Shown here piece by piece: positions 8,254 through 11,036 of a stretch of 11,036 bases of DNA. Under the pieces are notes generated by a model. That model was given only the letters and a program-made list of their open reading frames with translations. It was not told the origin of the DNA and did not search any database. The DNA comes from Octopus sinensis (taxonomy: Eukaryota). Position 1 is the stretch's first letter. Each line of letters begins with the position of its first letter. The stretch lies in assembly GCF_006345805.1 (NCBI RefSeq), contig NW_021827158.1, positions 1 to 11,036 of the forward strand, in the 5' to 3' direction. A program made the translations under genes and the position numbers.

Positions 8254-9480
8254 GACTGTCATTATTATACCTGTTGTTGTTGTTGCTGTGATTGTTGTGA
8301 TTTGGTGTTGCTTTAATTTGCACCCAATTCACAACCAGAGACGTCGACGGACAACAAGGTTTTGCACCTGAGAATGTTAACAGGCGAGGTGTTATACAAT
8401 TGGAAACACTGATATTTGTAGGAGAAAAAAGACAGAGCAAGTAAGTTTTTCATCTATATGGAGAGGAATTTATGCAGAATATGCGAGGAACTCATAAATA
8501 GGATCTTTTGTAATGCTTTGGTTTTAGGGCTACCAGAGATTTGATTTGCATTCTATTTTCTTCCCCTTCACATCGTTCCATGTGCCCCAATATGTAATGT
8601 TGTTGGTCTGGGATGCCACATTCTCCAAACCTTTACATTTGCTTAGTTTCTCAAACGTCTTCAGAGATGGGCTTTTGTCAGCTTGGGCTGCAACTTCAAT
8701 CAAAGACAGGTCTTTTCACGTGATTTTTCACAATGAGATCTGTTGATTTGCTTATAGTCCCGGATTAGTCTGATCGCTGAAATTTCAAAGGACGCGACAG
8801 CCTGGGCGTTCTGGGCAATTTGTGTTCCCACCAATTGTTTTTGTGAGGGATGTGTATAGAGGGAGATTGTAAGTACGGCATATTGACAGGTGTGTGTGTA
8901 CTGAGCTGCCCTGTCATGCCATTACAAATATCCTGCTGGTACCTGTCTGCTGCATCCAGATATTATGTGGTCGACTCACTCTGGATGCTAACTGCGCATG
9001 CGGCTTGGTGAGTTGCTTTCATATATCAGGATTTTACTCTGGAAAATCCAAGTTTGAAGCCATTGGACCTGAACAGCAATGATATACCCCTCTCTTTCTT
9101 GTTTGAGACCAGAGCATAACAGCCACCGAAAAATACAGGATAGATCTACATCAGGCTTCCTGGTTCTAGACGTGCATATGCCTTGCAGCAACATTTGCTG
9201 CCTTTTCTCCTTAATATGTTTGGAAATGGTTTGTATTTGCTCTGCCTAATCTATTGGGGATGCTTACATTTCTCGCAGATACAGTTTCGCATTTTTTAAC
9301 ACTGACGGCAACATTTGGTTATTTTCATGTTTCCCAACCAGCTTTACCATCCAGTCGTTTGCTTGTTGGAGGGAGGCAGAAAGTCCAATGATTGAATTTT
9401 TCAATGAGAGTCGGGAATGTATAAGCCCCAATCTCCTTCTTTTCCCGGGAGGAAAGATTCTATCAAGCGTTGGTGATCAG
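8254..9480 (-). mobile_element. Decayed 5'-truncated R4/Dong-clade LINE (copy C): end of RT/thumb region, CCHC zinc knuckle, RLE, stop and ~200-nt 3' UTR running into (TAA)n
   Basis: Across frameshifts the minus strand reads FLPGKEGDWGL (cf. YLPRKEGGRGL), IIGL, DWMVKLV, DVD..RWL.SGLKQEREGYIIAVQ (track ORF 8988..9194), VDHIISGC (DHIISGC 8972-8952), WHDRAAQY, NNWWEHK, DLIVK, LIEVAAQADK..LKTFEKLSK and LQKILFMSSSHILHKFLSI* (TAG 8456-8454). The 5' boundary is approximate. Confidence 0.9.
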
Positions 9481-9892
9481 TTACACTTGTTTCTCTAGGA
9501 TCTGTTTTCAGCACCCGTTCACGGAATAAATCAAAGTGCACATTGTGAAAGCACATCTTTAATACAAAGCTGAAAAAAGTGCTGCTTCCGGTTTATGAAA
9601 TAAAAAAAATTTTCACTTGGATCTCTTGCGGGAACTGGCGCTGAAAATAGTGTTAGAAAGAATGTAACTGGTCACGAAAGATTTGATAAGACCTTTCCTT
9701 TTCTCTCTATTTGGATTACATTTTATTCTTCGATAAACCCACACAATAGTTTTATTGTTGTGACACATCGATTTTAAACATGTGAAGGATTTCGATTTTT
9801 ACTTTAGATGACAATTCATTTGCGTAGAAAGCCTTAAGCTCAGATATTGAGTGCTGCATTGTGAATACACCACCTTCCCACACTTACACGTC

Positions 9893-9951
9893 CTCATATA
9901 TATATATTTATATATTGATGTACATTATATATATATATACATACACACACA

Positions 9952-10035
<84 letters not shown>

Positions 10036-10040
10036 ATATA
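9893..10040. repeat. Compound (TA)n/(CA)n/(TA)n microsatellite
   Basis: Read directly from the sequence. Confidence 0.96.
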
Positions 10041-10042
10041 TC

Positions 10043-10409
10043 GTAAACTTGCTTTCTAACTACATGGTTCTGGGTTCAGTCCCTCTGCATGACACCTTGG
10101 GAAAGTGTCTTCTACTATAGCTTCGGGCCGAGCAAAGATTTGTGAGTGGATTTTGTACACGGAATCTGAAAGAAGCCCGTCGTATATATGTATGTTTAGG
10201 GGCTTTCTGCGTCTGCGTCTGTGTTTGTGCCACCATAACCGTTTAACAACTGTTGTTGGTGTGATTACGACCCCGTAACTTAGCGGCCGTTAAAAAAAAG
10301 CCGATAGAATAATTCCTGGAGTCGATTTGTTCGACTAAAAGCCTTCATGGCGATACTGTAGCTTGGCGGGAGTTAAATGACTGAAGCACGTAAAAAAAGT
10401 AAAAGAATA
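10043..10409 (+). mobile_element. tRNA-derived SINE (octopus-type), copy 2; near full length, extreme 5' end (A-box) eroded
   Basis: B-box-like GGTTCAGTCC at 10073-10082. The body is colinear with 7030-7170 plus 7487-7650. It ends in AAATGACTGAAGCACGTAAAAAAAGTAAAAGAAT. Confidence 0.9.
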
Positions 10410-10458
10410 TATATATGTATATATATGTATATATATACATATATATATTCTTTTACTT
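10397..10458. repeat. Near-perfect 62-bp palindrome (30-bp arms, 2-nt centre)
   Basis: AAGTAAAAGAATATATATATGTATATATAT (10397-10426) is the exact reverse complement of 10429-10458. It includes the non-microsatellite SINE tail AAGTAAAAGAAT/ATTCTTTTACTT. Confidence 0.93.
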
Positions 10459-10473
10459 ATATATATATATATA

Positions 10474-10660
10474 GTCAATTCAAATAAACTAATAGAATTA
10501 ACAATAATAATAGACAACAAGAGGACTTGCACAAGGAATGTATTAGTTTTACGCTCAGTAAAAAGAGAGAGTGTTTTGACGTTTCGAGCATAGCTCTTCG
10601 TCGGAAAGGAGAAAGGGAAAAGTCCAAAGAATGAAAGGAAATCGCCAACAGCATGAGTGT
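10474..10660 (-). mobile_element. Probable Penelope-like element pseudo-LTR fragment inserted in (TA)n
   Basis: Carries a minimal hammerhead-like motif on the minus strand, which is an established feature of Penelope-like pLTRs. It has TA-rich flanks. The plus-strand GTATTAGTTT.ACGCTC..GACGTTTCGAG..GCTCTTCGTC pattern resembles octopus repeats I recall. Confidence 0.65.
10547..10607 (-). ncRNA. Minimal type I hammerhead-ribozyme-like motif with a U4-to-C core substitution
   Basis: Minus strand reads UUU-C[C]GACGA-A-GAGC-UAU-GCUC-GAAA-CGUCA-(loop)-UGA(G)CG-UA-AAA. Stem I is UUU/AAA, stem II is GAGC/GCUC, stem III is CGUCA/UGA(G)CG, and the cleavage triplet is GUA. Confidence 0.65.
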
Positions 10661-10728
10661 AGTTATATTGCTGCATATAATACATGCATAATATATATAT
10701 ATAGGTGTGTCTGTGTGCGTATATATTT

Positions 10729-10779
<51 letters not shown>

Positions 10780-10890
10780 TAGATAGATAGATAAGAGATA
10801 GATCGATAGGTAGGTAGATAATAGATAGATAGATAGATAGTAGATAGATAATAGATAGATGATAGATAGATGATAGATAGATAGATAGAT
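10729..10890. repeat. (GATA)n tetranucleotide microsatellite, imperfect
   Basis: Read directly from the sequence. Confidence 0.98.
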
Positions 10891-10984
10891 ATATAGAGGT
10901 AGGAGAGAGATGAAAGGCTCTGAAGTGTGTATGTGAAGAATTACAAAGTTTCGTACAAAATCCTTCTTCATGAAGCAAAAGTGC

Positions 10985-11036
10985 TTTAGGCCTCATCTCC
11001 GCTCCGATTAATTAGACCTGCGATCAAAGTATTCCA
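10985..11036 (+). mobile_element. Possible start of another dispersed repeat running off the right edge of the window
   Basis: AGGCCTCAT..AGACCTGCGATCAAAGTATTCCA resembles a recurrent octopus repeat motif (AGACCTATGATCAAAGGCATTCCAG), from memory only. Confidence 0.25.

Noticed and set aside
8090-8440. 116-aa minus-strand ORF with poly-Asn
   Set aside because: It is a chance read-through from the 3' UTR of Dong copy C, across (AAT)n, into coding remnants of copy D.
8339-8446. Apparent plus-strand exon (CAG|...|GTAAGT, open frame DVDGQQGF...)
   Set aside because: It lies antisense within the 3' UTR of Dong copy C, so the splice signals are most simply coincidental.

Overview
This is very AT-rich eukaryotic non-coding DNA, dominated by microsatellites and retroelement debris. 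There is no prokaryotic gene, CRISPR array, rRNA or tRNA gene. The repeat families match what I remember of octopus (coleoid cephalopod) genomes; that assignment comes from recall, not a search. Supported contents: (1) four minus-strand fragments of R4/Dong-clade non-LTR retrotransposons, in two head-to-tail pairs joined by (TAA)n arrays (93-683 and ~7655-9480); (2) a young, 5'-truncated RTE-type LINE with an intact C-terminal frame, a (TGA)6 tail and a perfect 10-bp target-site duplication (2271-2538); (3) two copies of a tRNA-derived SINE, one split by a ~267-bp unexplained insert; (4) two probable Penelope-like terminal fragments sitting in (TA)n, one with a minimal hammerhead-ribozyme fold carrying a core substitution; (5) two fold-back inverted repeats. 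The main unexplained signal is a non-repetitive ~233-codon minus-strand frame (1706 to ~1008) broken by a single TAA. Most ORFs in the supplied track are microsatellite or antisense-to-LINE artefacts. I see no clear evidence of a wholly new biological system. The best leads are the interrupted ORF, the hammerhead-like motif and the microsatellite-targeted stacking of retroelements.
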